Below are positions 32,424 to 42,113 of a DNA stretch of 64,000 nucleotides, one piece after another. Origin of the DNA: Betaproteobacteria bacterium (lineage in GTDB: Bacteria > Pseudomonadota > Gammaproteobacteria > Burkholderiales > SG8-39). The notes beneath the pieces are model-generated. The model saw only the letters and a list, made by a program, of their open reading frames with translations, made no database searches and was not told the origin of the DNA. The stretch is taken from contig CANJXQ010000008.1 of the NCBI GenBank assembly GCA_947478805.1, positions 538-64,537 of the forward strand, given 5' to 3'. Every line of letters begins with the position of its first letter. Position 1 is the first letter of the stretch. A program made the position numbers and the translations under genes.

Positions 32424-32499
32424 GGACCGCGCGGCCTGCTTCGCAGGCTCGGCCGCGCTGCTTAAATCGGGACCGCGCGGCCTTCTGGGCTCGGCCGCG
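32424..32499. repeat. Two related GC-rich palindromic units between convergent genes (REP-like or bidirectional terminator)
   Basis: GGACCGCGCGGCCT-x-GGCTCGGCCGCG at 32424-32457 and 32470-32499. Confidence 0.6.
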
Positions 32500-32506
32500 T
32501 CCGGCT

Positions 32507-32950
32507 TCAGTAAGTCTTGTAAGGCAGGAACTTCCCGCTCAGCACCACATGCACCCGATCGCCCTTGGGGTCCGGTTCCCGGGTGATGTCCATTGAAAAG
32601 TCGATGGCGCTCATGATGCCGTCACCGAACTCCTCGTGGATGAGTTCCTTGATGGTGGTGCCGTAGACATTGACCAGTTCGTACCAGCGGTAGATCAAGG
32701 GGTCGGTCGGCACGGCGGTGGGCAGAGAGCCCTTGTAGGGCACCACCTGCAGCAATTGCACGGCTTCCTTGGGCAGGTCGAGCAGCTTGCCGACGATGTC
32801 GGCCTGCTTCTTGGTGAGCGTCATCTGGCCGAGGCACGCAGCTGTCGCCCACTCCTTGCTCACACCCAGTTTCTTGGCGATATCGGCCCATTTGATGCCC
32901 TTGCTGATGCGCTTGGTCACGATCAATTCAGTGACGTCGTTGCGGTTCAT
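32507..32950 (-). CDS. cynS: Cyanase
   Basis: LGQM, PTDPLIYR.YE, HEEFGDGIMSAIDF, GKFLPY. Confidence 0.96.
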   Translation of the reverse strand: MNRNDVTELIVTKRISKGIKWADIAKKLGVSKEWATAACLGQMTLTKKQADIVGKLLDLPKEAVQLLQVVPYKGSLPTAVPTDPLIYRWYELVNVYGTTIKELIHEEFGDGIMSAIDFSMDITREPDPKGDRVHVVLSGKFLPYKTY

Positions 32951-32974
32951 GTGTCCTCCTGTCGGGTAGAAAAA

Positions 32975-33874
32975 TCAGTGGTTTGCTGCAGCACGCGGCG
33001 CCGGTGCGGCGTCAGGAATGGATCGATGTGCCTCTGCGTCAACGCCGGGGCGGACCGTGAGGGGCTCGGCGGGACGCTCGAGTTCGCCGGTCTGGAACTG
33101 CTTGGAGCGCGTCACCAGGAAATCGACCAGGTGGTTGCGGATGCGGTAGAACTGCGGGTCGTGGTGCATGTCATGGCGCGTGCGCGCGCGCGGCAGGGTG
33201 TTCTCCACGATCTCGGCGATCACGGCATTCGGGCCGTTCGACATCAGCAGGATCTTGTCGGCGAGCAGGATGGCTTCGTCGACGTCATGGGTGATCATGA
33301 AGACGGTCTGGTGCGTCGCCTGCACCACGCGCACCAGTTCGTCCTGGATGGTGCCGCGGGTGAGGGCATCGAGGGCGCCGAAGGGCTCATCCAGCAGCAG
33401 CATCTTGGGCTGGATGGCGAAGGCGCGCGCGATGCCGACGCGCTGCTTCATCCCGCCGGAGAGCGCCGCCGGTTTCTTGTCCTCGGCGCCGGAGAGCCCG
33501 ACCATGTCGATGAACTGCTGGCAGTGTTGCCGGACCTTGCTGCGCGGCCAGTCGGGCCAGCGCGAGCGCACAGCAAAGGCGATATTGCTTGCCACCGACA
33601 GCCAGGGCATCAGCGCGTGCCCCTGGAAAACCACGCCGCGCTCGAGCGACGGACCGCCAATCTCGTGTTCGTCCATGATGGCCAGGCCGCCGGAGGCGGT
33701 GTCGAGCCCCGCGAGGACGTTGAGGATGGTGGTCTTGCCGCAGCCGGAGTGCCCGATGATGCAGACGAACTCGCCGCGTTCGATGCTGAAGTTGACCCCT
33801 TCGAATACGGTGGTCGTCCCGCCACCAGCCGCGGGAAACGTCCGCTTGAGGTCCTGTACCTGGAGAAAGGGCAT
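32975..33874 (-). CDS. Nitrate/cyanate ABC transporter ATP-binding protein
   Basis: GHSGCGKTT, LSGGMKQRVGIARA, LLDEPFGALDALTR, ITHDVDEA. Confidence 0.92.
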   Translation of the reverse strand: MPFLQVQDLKRTFPAAGGGTTTVFEGVNFSIERGEFVCIIGHSGCGKTTILNVLAGLDTASGGLAIMDEHEIGGPSLERGVVFQGHALMPWLSVASNIAFAVRSRWPDWPRSKVRQHCQQFIDMVGLSGAEDKKPAALSGGMKQRVGIARAFAIQPKMLLLDEPFGALDALTRGTIQDELVRVVQATHQTVFMITHDVDEAILLADKILLMSNGPNAVIAEIVENTLPRARTRHDMHHDPQFYRIRNHLVDFLVTRSKQFQTGELERPAEPLTVRPGVDAEAHRSIPDAAPAPRAAANH

Positions 33875-33879
33875 GGGTG

Positions 33880-34719
33880 CTACTCGGCGTAGGTGACCAG
33901 GCGTTGCAGGCGCCCGATGATCAGGTCGAGCGCCATGCCCACGATGCCGATGACGAGGATGGCGAAGATCACGTTGGTGAGGTTGAGGTTGTTCCACTCG
34001 TTCCACACGAAGTAGCCGATGCCGGTACCGCCGACCAGCATCTCCGCGGCGACGATGACCAGCCATGCGATGCCCATGGAAATGCGCATGCCGGTGAGGA
34101 TGGTGGGGGCCGCAGCCGGCAGGATGACCAGGAAGGCCTTGCGCAACGGCGTCACCTCGAGGGTGCGCGCGACGTTCAGCCACTCGCGCCGCACCGAGGC
34201 GACACCGTAGGCGGTATTGATCAGCATCGGCCAAACGGAGCAGATGAAGATGACGAAAATTCCGGAGATGGACGAGTCCTTGATGGTGTAGAGCGCGATC
34301 GGCATCCAGGCGAGGGGCGAGATCGGCTTGAGCACCTGGATGAACGGATCGAGCGCACGGCGAAACAGTGGCGACATGCCGATGAGAAATCCGAGCGGCA
34401 CGGCCACGATGATGGCGAGCAGGAACCCGAGTCCGACCCGTGACAGGGAGTGCGCCAGCTGGATGCCGATGCCCTTGTCGTTGGGGCCCTTGTCGTAGAA
34501 CGGATCCGCGATATGTTTCGCAATGGCTGACGCCAATTGCGATGGCGCCGGAAAGCCATCGGATTTTTTGGCGCCCTTGCCCATGAGCTTGGCGTATTCG
34601 TCCGCAGCGCCGGCGGCTTCGACCTTGGGCAGCGTGGCCACATGCCAGATGCCGAGGATGAGCAGCAGGAAGGCGATCGAGAGCAGCGCCGCCGCAAATA
34701 TTTCGCGGCGTGGGGTCAC
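33880..34719 (-). CDS. Nitrate/cyanate ABC transporter permease (NrtB family)
   Basis: DPFYDKGPNDKGIG, KPISPLAW, WLVIVAAEML, WNEWN; GTG start overlaps the binding-protein stop. Confidence 0.9.
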   Translation of the reverse strand: MTPRREIFAAALLSIAFLLLILGIWHVATLPKVEAAGAADEYAKLMGKGAKKSDGFPAPSQLASAIAKHIADPFYDKGPNDKGIGIQLAHSLSRVGLGFLLAIIVAVPLGFLIGMSPLFRRALDPFIQVLKPISPLAWMPIALYTIKDSSISGIFVIFICSVWPMLINTAYGVASVRREWLNVARTLEVTPLRKAFLVILPAAAPTILTGMRISMGIAWLVIVAAEMLVGGTGIGYFVWNEWNNLNLTNVIFAILVIGIVGMALDLIIGRLQRLVTYAE

Positions 34720-36113
34720 GCCTTTTTCCTGATGGCGAATCCCGAAAGGTACTTCTCCGGTTGCGCCGGATCGAACTCCTTGCCCATCACCTTGAACTTG
34801 GCATAGCTCGCAGCGGGGGCCTTCTGGCCCAGCTCTGCCATGCGCTTCCTCGCATCGGTGGCGAGGAACACTTTCTCGGCAATCTGGCGGTAGTTCACGT
34901 CGCCCTTGACGTAGCCCCAGCGTTTCATCTGCGTCAGCATCCACACGGCCATGGACTGCCACGGGAACGGATCGAAGTCGGCGCGGTCGGGGACATTCTT
35001 GACGTTGCCAAGGCCGTCGGCAAATTTGCCGGTCAGCACCTGCTCCAGCACGGTGACCGGCTGGTTGAGGTAGTTGGCCGGTGAAATGACTTCGGCAATC
35101 AGCGGCCGGTGTTTCGGGTCGCGCGCCATGGCCGCTGCGGTCAGCACGGAGCGGTAGAGCGCCGCGAAGGTGTTGGGATTTTCCTTGATGAAGGCTTCAG
35201 GCAAGCCGAATGCGCAGCATGGGTGCCCGTCCCAGATTTCCTTGGACAGGATGTGGATGAAGCCCACTTCGTCATACACGGCGCGCTGGTTGAACGGGTC
35301 GGGCCCGAGGAACCCGTCGATGTTGCCGGCGCGCAGGTTGGCCACCATCTCCGGCGGCGGCGTGACGCGGATCTGGATGTCGGTGTCCGGGTCGAGGCCG
35401 TGTTCGGCCACGTAATAGCGCAGCAGGAAGTTGTGCATCGAGTACTCGAACGGGACCGCGAACTTGAAGCCCTTCCATTGCTTGGGATCGCGCTTGTCCT
35501 TGTGCTTCACATGCAGCGTGATGGCCTGCCCGTTGATGTTCTGGATGGTCGCAACGTCCATGGGCATGGCGGTCGAGCCCAGCCCCATCGAGATCGCCAG
35601 CGGCATGGGCGACAGGAAGTGCGAAGCGTCGTGCTCCTTGTTGATCATCTTGTCGCGGATCAGCGCCCAGCCTGCCGTCTTCATCAGTTGGACGTTCAGC
35701 CCCTCTTTTCGGTAGAAGCCCAGCGGGTCGGCCATGATCAGGGGCGAGGCGCAGGTGATGGCGATGAAGCCGATCTTGAGGTCCTTCTTCTCCAGGGGAC
35801 CCTTGTCCTGGGCCATGGCCTCCAGCGCCCCGAATGGCAGGAAGGAGGACACCGCCGCCATCGCTGTCGATGTGCCTACTGCGCGCAGGAATCTGCGTCG
35901 TAGTTCATCCTGCGGAAACAGCGCGCGCATGGCGGCTGACTGGATGGCGCGCGAATTCAGGGCATCGGGGTCGTTGCCCGGGTCTGCCGCCGCATTTGCC
36001 GGCGGCGTGGCCGACGCAACTGCGTCGTGTTCGGCCTGGCTCGTGTGGTGCCCGCATTGGCAAGCGGCGCCAAGTCGGACGTTGGGATCAAATGGATTGT
36101 CGAACGCAGACAT
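34716..36113 (-). CDS. CmpA/NrtA family substrate-binding protein (cyanate, CynA-like)
   Basis: Twin-arginine LRRRFL, LEKKDLKIGFIAITC, FAVPFEYSMHN, PPPEMVANL, GPDPFNQ, HPCC; operon ends in cynS. Confidence 0.9.
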   Translation of the reverse strand: MSAFDNPFDPNVRLGAACQCGHHTSQAEHDAVASATPPANAAADPGNDPDALNSRAIQSAAMRALFPQDELRRRFLRAVGTSTAMAAVSSFLPFGALEAMAQDKGPLEKKDLKIGFIAITCASPLIMADPLGFYRKEGLNVQLMKTAGWALIRDKMINKEHDASHFLSPMPLAISMGLGSTAMPMDVATIQNINGQAITLHVKHKDKRDPKQWKGFKFAVPFEYSMHNFLLRYYVAEHGLDPDTDIQIRVTPPPEMVANLRAGNIDGFLGPDPFNQRAVYDEVGFIHILSKEIWDGHPCCAFGLPEAFIKENPNTFAALYRSVLTAAAMARDPKHRPLIAEVISPANYLNQPVTVLEQVLTGKFADGLGNVKNVPDRADFDPFPWQSMAVWMLTQMKRWGYVKGDVNYRQIAEKVFLATDARKRMAELGQKAPAASYAKFKVMGKEFDPAQPEKYLSGFAIRKKA

Positions 36114-36151
36114 GGCCGGTTCCTCCGAAGTTGGCAGTCGGAGGACTGTGC

Positions 36152-36167
36152 AGCACTTACCGTGCCA
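36152..36167 (-). promoter_or_regulatory. Sigma-54 (-24/-12) promoter for the cyanate operon
   Basis: Minus strand TGGCACGGTAAGTGCT with correct GG/GC spacing, about 40 nt upstream of the start codon. Confidence 0.7.
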
Positions 36168-36295
36168 TGTTTATCGGGTGCCCAGTTGCCCTGCTGATCC
36201 CATGAGTGCCAATGGGCTCAAGAGAGGAAGCGCACGCGAGTCACCTTCGTTGCGACTGCAGGCAGGTCAGGAGAAACGTCATCGAGGCTCCCGCG

Positions 36296-36751
36296 TCAGC
36301 TCTGCACCCAGGGCAGACCCGCAAAGCGCCAGCCGCCGACGCTGCTGCGATGATCGTTCTTGTCGCGGTCGCCCTCGAATCCCTCCAGCACATTGAAGCA
36401 GGTGGTGTAGCCGGCTTCGGTCGCTGCAATGGCGGCACGGTGCGAGCGTGCCCCGGATCGGCACAGGAACAGGATCGGCGAATTTGTTGACGGGACTGCG
36501 GCCTTGAGTTCGTCGATGAATTTTTCGTTTTGCTCGCCGCTGGGCCAGGTGTTCCATTCGATGAGGACGGAATCCTGCACATGCCCGACCCAGGTCCACT
36601 CCGAGTCAGTGCGCACATCCACCAGCTTGGCCGCGGGATTTTGTTTCAGGTAATCGAATGCCTCACGTGGCAGCATGGCGCCGGCGTAAGTGAGTCCTGC
36701 GGCTTTGCCGCGGGCAGTTGCGCGGTCAAGAATTGATTGTGGCGAGTCCAT
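36296..36751 (-). CDS. Rhodanese-like domain protein
   Basis: LVDVRT..EW..VG, FLCRSGARS, NVLEGFEG, GWR..GLPW. Confidence 0.9.
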   Translation of the reverse strand: MDSPQSILDRATARGKAAGLTYAGAMLPREAFDYLKQNPAAKLVDVRTDSEWTWVGHVQDSVLIEWNTWPSGEQNEKFIDELKAAVPSTNSPILFLCRSGARSHRAAIAATEAGYTTCFNVLEGFEGDRDKNDHRSSVGGWRFAGLPWVQS

Positions 36752-36833
36752 GCGCATTAACATCCGATGATATGAAGCCGGGGAGTTTAGTCTGCCGGCA
36801 CGGTAAAAAAAAGCGGCAGGAAACCGCGCTCGC

Positions 36834-36879
36834 GCACCAAAACAGGGCTAAAAGTGCTGGATTAGCACTATTGCGGTGC
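36834..36879. promoter_or_regulatory. Tandem NtrC enhancer sites
   Basis: GCACCAAAACAGGGC (36834-36848) and GCACTATTGCGGTGC (36865-36879) resemble GCAC-N7-GTGC, 31 bp apart, upstream of glnA. Confidence 0.75.
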
Positions 36880-37058
36880 GTATAGGAGACTGATTGGGGC
36901 TTGTGGCACAATCTGCACGCCATTTGAAAATGGTCAGCCGTATTTTTTCGACAGTAGCGGATTGTCGTGCATTCAGGCGGTGCAAGGCGGGTCTCCATTG
37001 ACCGACAGCGTCCCGGAAGCCAGGCAATATCCATGCGGAAGGGGCGGGAAACGTTCTT

Positions 37059-37074
37059 TGGCACATTTTCTGCT
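37059..37074 (+). promoter_or_regulatory. Sigma-54 promoter of glnA
   Basis: TGGCACATTTTCTGCT with correct -24/-12 spacing. Confidence 0.8.
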
Positions 37075-37172
37075 GAATCCAGTCGCGTCTAGGCTGTCAG
37101 TTCAGGCGTCGTTTTGAAGGCCCTTGGTTTTCTTCCCGAGAATTACTCAATTCCCTATCAGGAGAGTTTGTG

Positions 37173-38588
37173 ATGTCACTGTCTGTCAATGATGTACTCA
37201 AGATGATCAAGGACAAGGAGGTCAAGTTCGTCGACCTTCGCTTTACCGATACGCGCGGCAAGGAGCAGCACGTGCAGGTGCCGGCCAAACAGTTCACGAA
37301 CGACAAGTTCGAGTCTGGGCACGCCTTCGACGGCTCTTCGATCGCCGGCTGGAAGGGTATCGAGGCCTCGGACATGCTGCTCTTGCCCGATCCCGATTCG
37401 GCCCGCCTCGACCCATTTACCGATGAACTGACCCTCAACGTTACCTGTGACGTGCTTGAGCCGTCGGACATGAAGGGCTATGACCGCGACCCGCGTTCGC
37501 TGGCCAAGCGCGCAGAATCGTTCCTGAAGTCGAGCGGCTTGGGCGACGTGGCTTACTTCGGTCCCGAGCCGGAATTCTTCGTATTCGACGGCGTGACCTG
37601 GAACGTGGATATGTCGGGCTGCGGGGTGAAAATCAAGTCGGAAGAGGCGCCCTGGTCGACCAACATCGAGTACGAAGGCGGCAACATGGGCCATCGTCCC
37701 GGCACCAAAGGCGGTTATTTCCCGGTTGCCCCGGTTGATTCGCTGCAGGACATGCGCAATGCCATGTCGCTTGCGCTCGAATCGCAGGGCGTCGAAGTCG
37801 AGGTGTTCCACCACGAAGTGGCAGCAGCCGGCCAGTGCGAAATCGGCACGCTGTTCAACAGCCTGGTGAAGCGCGCTGACTGGACGCAGATCCTGAAATA
37901 CACGGTGTGGAATGTGGCCGCAGCCTATGGCAAGACCGCCACCTTCATGCCCAAGCCTGTCGTCGGCGACAACGGATCGGGCATGCATGTGCACCAGTCG
38001 GTGTGGAAAGACGGCAAGAACCTGTTTGCAGGCAACGGCTACTCGGGTCTGTCCGATTTCGCGCTGTACTACATCGGCGGTGTGATCAAGCACGCCAAGG
38101 CCCTGAACGCGATCACCAACCCGGGTACCAACAGCTACAAGCGCCTGGTGCCGGGGTTCGAGGCGCCGATCAACCTCGCCTATTCGGCGCGCAATCGCTC
38201 TGCGTCCATCCGCATTCCGTTCGTCAGCAATCCGAAGGCACGCCGCATCGAAGTGCGCTTCCCGGATCCGACGGCGAACCCGTATCTGGCGTTTTCAGCC
38301 TTGCTGATGGCCGGGTTGGATGGAATACAGAACAAGATCCACCCCGGAGATCCGATCGACAAGAACCTGTACGACCTGCCTCCGTCCCAGGCGAAAAAGG
38401 TGCCGAATGTGTGCTCTTCATTGGACCAGGCGCTCGAGGCGTTGGACAAGGATCGCGCGTTCCTCACTAAGGGCGGGGTGTTCAGCGACGACTTCATCGA
38501 TGCCTACATTGCCCTCAAAATGGAGGAAGTCACGCGCTTCCGCATGACGACCCATCCGGTCGAGTTCGACATGTACTACAGCCTCTAA
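37173..38588 (+). CDS. glnA: Glutamine synthetase type I
   Basis: [51 protein letters not shown], adenylylation site NLYDLP. Confidence 0.98.
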   Translation: MSLSVNDVLKMIKDKEVKFVDLRFTDTRGKEQHVQVPAKQFTNDKFESGHAFDGSSIAGWKGIEASDMLLLPDPDSARLDPFTDELTLNVTCDVLEPSDMKGYDRDPRSLAKRAESFLKSSGLGDVAYFGPEPEFFVFDGVTWNVDMSGCGVKIKSEEAPWSTNIEYEGGNMGHRPGTKGGYFPVAPVDSLQDMRNAMSLALESQGVEVEVFHHEVAAAGQCEIGTLFNSLVKRADWTQILKYTVWNVAAAYGKTATFMPKPVVGDNGSGMHVHQSVWKDGKNLFAGNGYSGLSDFALYYIGGVIKHAKALNAITNPGTNSYKRLVPGFEAPINLAYSARNRSASIRIPFVSNPKARRIEVRFPDPTANPYLAFSALLMAGLDGIQNKIHPGDPIDKNLYDLPPSQAKKVPNVCSSLDQALEALDKDRAFLTKGGVFSDDFIDAYIALKMEEVTRFRMTTHPVEFDMYYSL

Positions 38589-38640
38589 TCGCTGGATCGA
38601 CCCCGGGGGCTGTTCCCCGGGTTGGTTTCCTGAGGCACCG

Positions 38641-38680
38641 GAAAAGGACGGGGAAGTGTGCATTTTTCCTCGTCCTTTTT
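38641..38680 (+). terminator. Intrinsic terminator after glnA
   Basis: AAAAGGACGGGGAA...TTCCTCGTCCTTTTT stem with a T tract. Confidence 0.75.
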
Positions 38681-38751
38681 CATTTGTAATCAGGGGAGTC
38701 TTCCCATAAACTTAAAGTTCTCTCTGGAAATGCGGACGCTTGCATCCACCC

Positions 38752-39267
38752 ATGACCCTTGCGCGGTACTTGTTGGCGATTTTCCTGCTGGCTGGCAGCG
38801 CTCATCCGGCGCTGGCGCAGATCTATCGGTGCGTCGACCAGAATGGCCACAGTACCTATACCAACGACACGGAGGGCAAGGGGGGCTTGAAGTGCACGGT
38901 GGTCAGCCGGGAAGTATCGGTAGTGCCTGCACCGACCCCGTCGCCATCCGCCACGCCACGGCCTGCGGCAAAGGCTGCCGCGCAGCCTTCTTCAACGCGA
39001 GGCGAGACAGCGGCCCCGCGTATCGAACCCGCCACGCAGCGCTCGCGCGACACTGACCGCCGTCGCATCCTCGAAGATGAATTGCGAAACGCGGAGAAGG
39101 AACTTGCCACGGCAAAGCAGAATCTTGCCGAGCAGGAGTCTATTCGCAAGGGCGATGAGCGCAACTACCAGCGCGTGCTCGATCGTCTCAAGCCCTTCCA
39201 GGACGAAGTCCGGCGTTCCGAAGAAAACGTCGCTGCGCTCAAGCGGGAAATTTCCAACCTGCGCTGA
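38752..39267 (+). CDS. DUF4124 domain exported protein
   Basis: Signal peptide, AQIYRCVDQNG...YT, Pro/Ala linker, coiled coil ending ERNYQ. Confidence 0.8.
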   Translation: MTLARYLLAIFLLAGSAHPALAQIYRCVDQNGHSTYTNDTEGKGGLKCTVVSREVSVVPAPTPSPSATPRPAAKAAAQPSSTRGETAAPRIEPATQRSRDTDRRRILEDELRNAEKELATAKQNLAEQESIRKGDERNYQRVLDRLKPFQDEVRRSEENVAALKREISNLR

Positions 39268-39327
39268 GCCTGCGTTGCCGGTCGGCGGAATTCCAGCCAG
39301 CCCCCTCAAGCTGCGGTGCTTCGCAAC

Positions 39328-40419
39328 ATGACGCGTCCCGTGCCTGCGCGCACCTTTGCCGGACTCGACCTGCTGGCAACGGCAGTCATGGTACTGGATG
39401 GCAAGCTCAGCCTGCGATATGTGAATCCGGCGACTGAAATCCTGCTGGCGCAGAGTGGCCGATCATTGGTCGGGCACCGCCTGGGCGAGCTGTTTTCCAA
39501 TGCCGGGGCCTTTGAAGCGCGTCTCAACGAGGCGCTGAGCGAAGAGCGTGGTTTTTGGGACCAGACCCTTGCCTTGTCGCGCCCGGCGCACGAAACGCTG
39601 TACCTGAACTGCCTGGTGACACCCATTGAGCTGCCGGAGCGCGGCTTGATGCTGGAGTTGCGCCCGATGGAGCAGCGCATTCGGGCCGAGCGCGAAGAGC
39701 AGCAGCTGACCCAACACCTGGCGAACCGTGAACTGATCAGGAACCTCGCTCACGAGATCAGGAATCCGCTGGGCGGTTTGCGCGGTTCCGCCCAGCTGCT
39801 CGAGCGCGAGTTGGATCGTGCCGAGCTCAAGGAATATACCCAGGTCATCATCAAGGAGGCCGATCGTCTTCAGGCCCTCATGGATCGATTGCTCACGCCG
39901 CATCGTCCACCGCATACCGTCACCATGAACATCCACGAGGTGTGCGAGCGGGTGCGAAGCCTCATCCTCGCCGAATTTCCGACTGGCCTGGCCATCCGGC
40001 GCGACTACGACACCAGCATCCCGGAGTTCCAGGGTGACCGCGAGCAACTGATCCAGGCGGTATTGAACGTGACCCGCAACGCGGCCCAGGCGATCCTTGG
40101 CACAAGTCCGGCGGCCGATGGTCGGGCGGAGATCAGGCTCAGCACCCGGGTGGTGCGCCAGATCACCCTGGCCAAGCGGCGCTATCGCCTGGCATTGGAA
40201 TTGCAAGTGATCGACAACGGTCCGGGCATTCCGGCAGATATCAAGGACACATTGTTCTTTCCGCTGGTATCCGGTCGCGAGGGCGGCAGCGGTCTGGGAC
40301 TCACGCTGGCGCAGACCTTCGTCCAGCATCATCATGGAGTAATCGAGTGCGACAGCCAGCCAGGACGTACCGTATTCAAGATCATCCTGCCCATCGAGCC
40401 GGCGGCTGCATCCACCTGA
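39328..40419 (+). CDS. glnL: Nitrogen regulation sensor kinase NtrB
   Basis: PAS domain, LAHEIRNPLGG, EADRLQ, DNGPGI, FFPLVSGREGGSGLGL. Confidence 0.95.
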   Translation: MTRPVPARTFAGLDLLATAVMVLDGKLSLRYVNPATEILLAQSGRSLVGHRLGELFSNAGAFEARLNEALSEERGFWDQTLALSRPAHETLYLNCLVTPIELPERGLMLELRPMEQRIRAEREEQQLTQHLANRELIRNLAHEIRNPLGGLRGSAQLLERELDRAELKEYTQVIIKEADRLQALMDRLLTPHRPPHTVTMNIHEVCERVRSLILAEFPTGLAIRRDYDTSIPEFQGDREQLIQAVLNVTRNAAQAILGTSPAADGRAEIRLSTRVVRQITLAKRRYRLALELQVIDNGPGIPADIKDTLFFPLVSGREGGSGLGLTLAQTFVQHHHGVIECDSQPGRTVFKIILPIEPAAAST

Positions 40420-40437
40420 ACCAAGGCGTGAATTGAC

Positions 40438-41910
40438 ATGAACGATGACAACGAAATATCTGCCACCCGCAGCGCGGTTGCCCCAGCGCCTGCGGCGGCT
40501 TTTTTCCCGCAGATGAAGCCGGTGTGGGTGGTCGATGACGATCGCTCGATCCGTTGGGTTTTCGAAAAGGCCCTGACCCGCGAGGCCATCCCTTTCAGGA
40601 CTTTTTCTCTGGCCAAGGACGCACTCGATGCACTGGATACTGGAGCACCCCAGGTTCTGGTGTCGGACATCCGCATGCCGGGAACGTCCGGTCTGGAGCT
40701 GTTGCAGACCATCAAGGCAAAACACCCCACGATACCGGTCATCGTCATGACGGCCTACTCGGACCTGGAATCGGCGGTTGCGGCATTTCAGGGCGGCGCG
40801 TTTGAATACCTGCCCAAGCCCTTCGACGTCGACCAGGCGGTCGACCTGATTCGCCGCGCCATCGACGAATCGCAGCGTGAGAGTGAAGCTGAAGTGGCGG
40901 AAACGAGTTCGCCGGAAATTCTCGGCCAGGCGGCATCGATGCAGGAAGTCTTTCGCGCCATTGGGAGGTTGTCGCAGTCATCGGCCACGGTATTGATTAC
41001 CGGTGAGTCAGGCAGCGGCAAGGAGCTGGTTGCTCGCGCCCTGCACCGGCACAGCCCGCGAGCCGCCAAACCATTCGTCGCCATCAATACGGCTGCCATG
41101 CCCAAGGATCTTCTGGAGTCGGAACTGTTCGGCCACGAACGCGGCGCATTCACGGGTGCGCAGGCCATGCGCCGCGGTCGCTTCGAGCAGGCCGAAGGCG
41201 GCACGCTGTTCCTGGATGAAATCGGTGACATGCCCTCGGAGCTGCAAACGCGGCTCCTGCGCGTGCTATCCGATGGAACGTTCTACCGTGTCGGCGGCCA
41301 TCAGCCGATGCGCGCCAATGTGCGCGTCATCGCCGCTACCCACCAGGACCTCGAGGCGCGCGTGCGCGACGGGCAATTCCGCGAGGACCTGTTCCACCGC
41401 CTCAATGTGATCCGCCTGCGGCTTCCCAGCCTGCGCGAGCGACGCGAAGACATTCCCTTGCTGGCGCGTTATTTCCTCGCCAAGTCCGCGCGTGACCTGG
41501 GCGTCGAGCCCAAGCGCTTGTCCGACGCCGCCATGGGGTACCTCGCGGCCCAGGACTTTCCGGGGAACGTGCGTCAGCTGGAGAATCTCTGCCACTGGTT
41601 GACCGTCATGGCGCCGACCCAGGTGATCGAGACGGGCGACCTGCCACAGGATTTCCGCGACAACAACGCCACCGCAGTGAATGCCGATTGGGTTGCGGCG
41701 CTGGCAGCCGAGGCCGACCGCATGCTTGCCAAGGGCGAGTCGGGGATCATGGACGGATTGACGCGCGAATTCGAGAGCACGCTGATTGCCAAGGCATTGG
41801 CACGCACCGGCGGGCGCCGTATCGAGGCGGCAACCCTGCTCGGGATCGGTCGCAACACCATCACCCGCAAGATCCAGGAGCTGGGGTTGGATGACAAGGA
41901 GGCGGGCTGA
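40438..41910 (+). CDS. glnG: Nitrogen regulation response regulator NtrC
   Basis: VWVVDDD receiver, GESGSGKE, GAFTGA, FLDEIGD, LGIGRNTITRK HTH. Alternative start at 40513. Confidence 0.95.
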   Translation: MNDDNEISATRSAVAPAPAAAFFPQMKPVWVVDDDRSIRWVFEKALTREAIPFRTFSLAKDALDALDTGAPQVLVSDIRMPGTSGLELLQTIKAKHPTIPVIVMTAYSDLESAVAAFQGGAFEYLPKPFDVDQAVDLIRRAIDESQRESEAEVAETSSPEILGQAASMQEVFRAIGRLSQSSATVLITGESGSGKELVARALHRHSPRAAKPFVAINTAAMPKDLLESELFGHERGAFTGAQAMRRGRFEQAEGGTLFLDEIGDMPSELQTRLLRVLSDGTFYRVGGHQPMRANVRVIAATHQDLEARVRDGQFREDLFHRLNVIRLRLPSLRERREDIPLLARYFLAKSARDLGVEPKRLSDAAMGYLAAQDFPGNVRQLENLCHWLTVMAPTQVIETGDLPQDFRDNNATAVNADWVAALAAEADRMLAKGESGIMDGLTREFESTLIAKALARTGGRRIEAATLLGIGRNTITRKIQELGLDDKEAG

Positions 41911-42113
41911 GCGCGTTAATACAACGAACGGAGTTCATCCCATTCCACATGGCGGGAAGCGCTGCTGGTTTCGCCTTTGGGCTGGACAAATTCGCATAGA
42001 ATGGCGCCCCTGTAGCGTCCCATGTTGATGGCGTCACCAATGCCAATCACGGTGACACGCCCTTCCCCGACAAGCGCAGCACAACCTGCGCCGAGCAAGT
42101 ACTGGAGATCTTG

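Noticed and set aside
36296-36751. Rhodanese plus cyanase as a cyanide/thiocyanate pathway
   Set aside because: To my knowledge a rhodanese gene divergent from glnA is common in betaproteobacteria regardless of cynS, and no thiocyanate-degrading enzyme is in the window.
36904-36918. TGGCACAATCTGCAC as a second sigma-54 promoter
   Set aside because: The GG-to-GC spacing is 2 nt too short.
41989-41998. AATTCGCATA resembles the XerC arm of a dif site
   Set aside because: No central spacer or TTATG-type XerD arm follows; the adjacent TAGAAT is more simply a -10 element for aceB.
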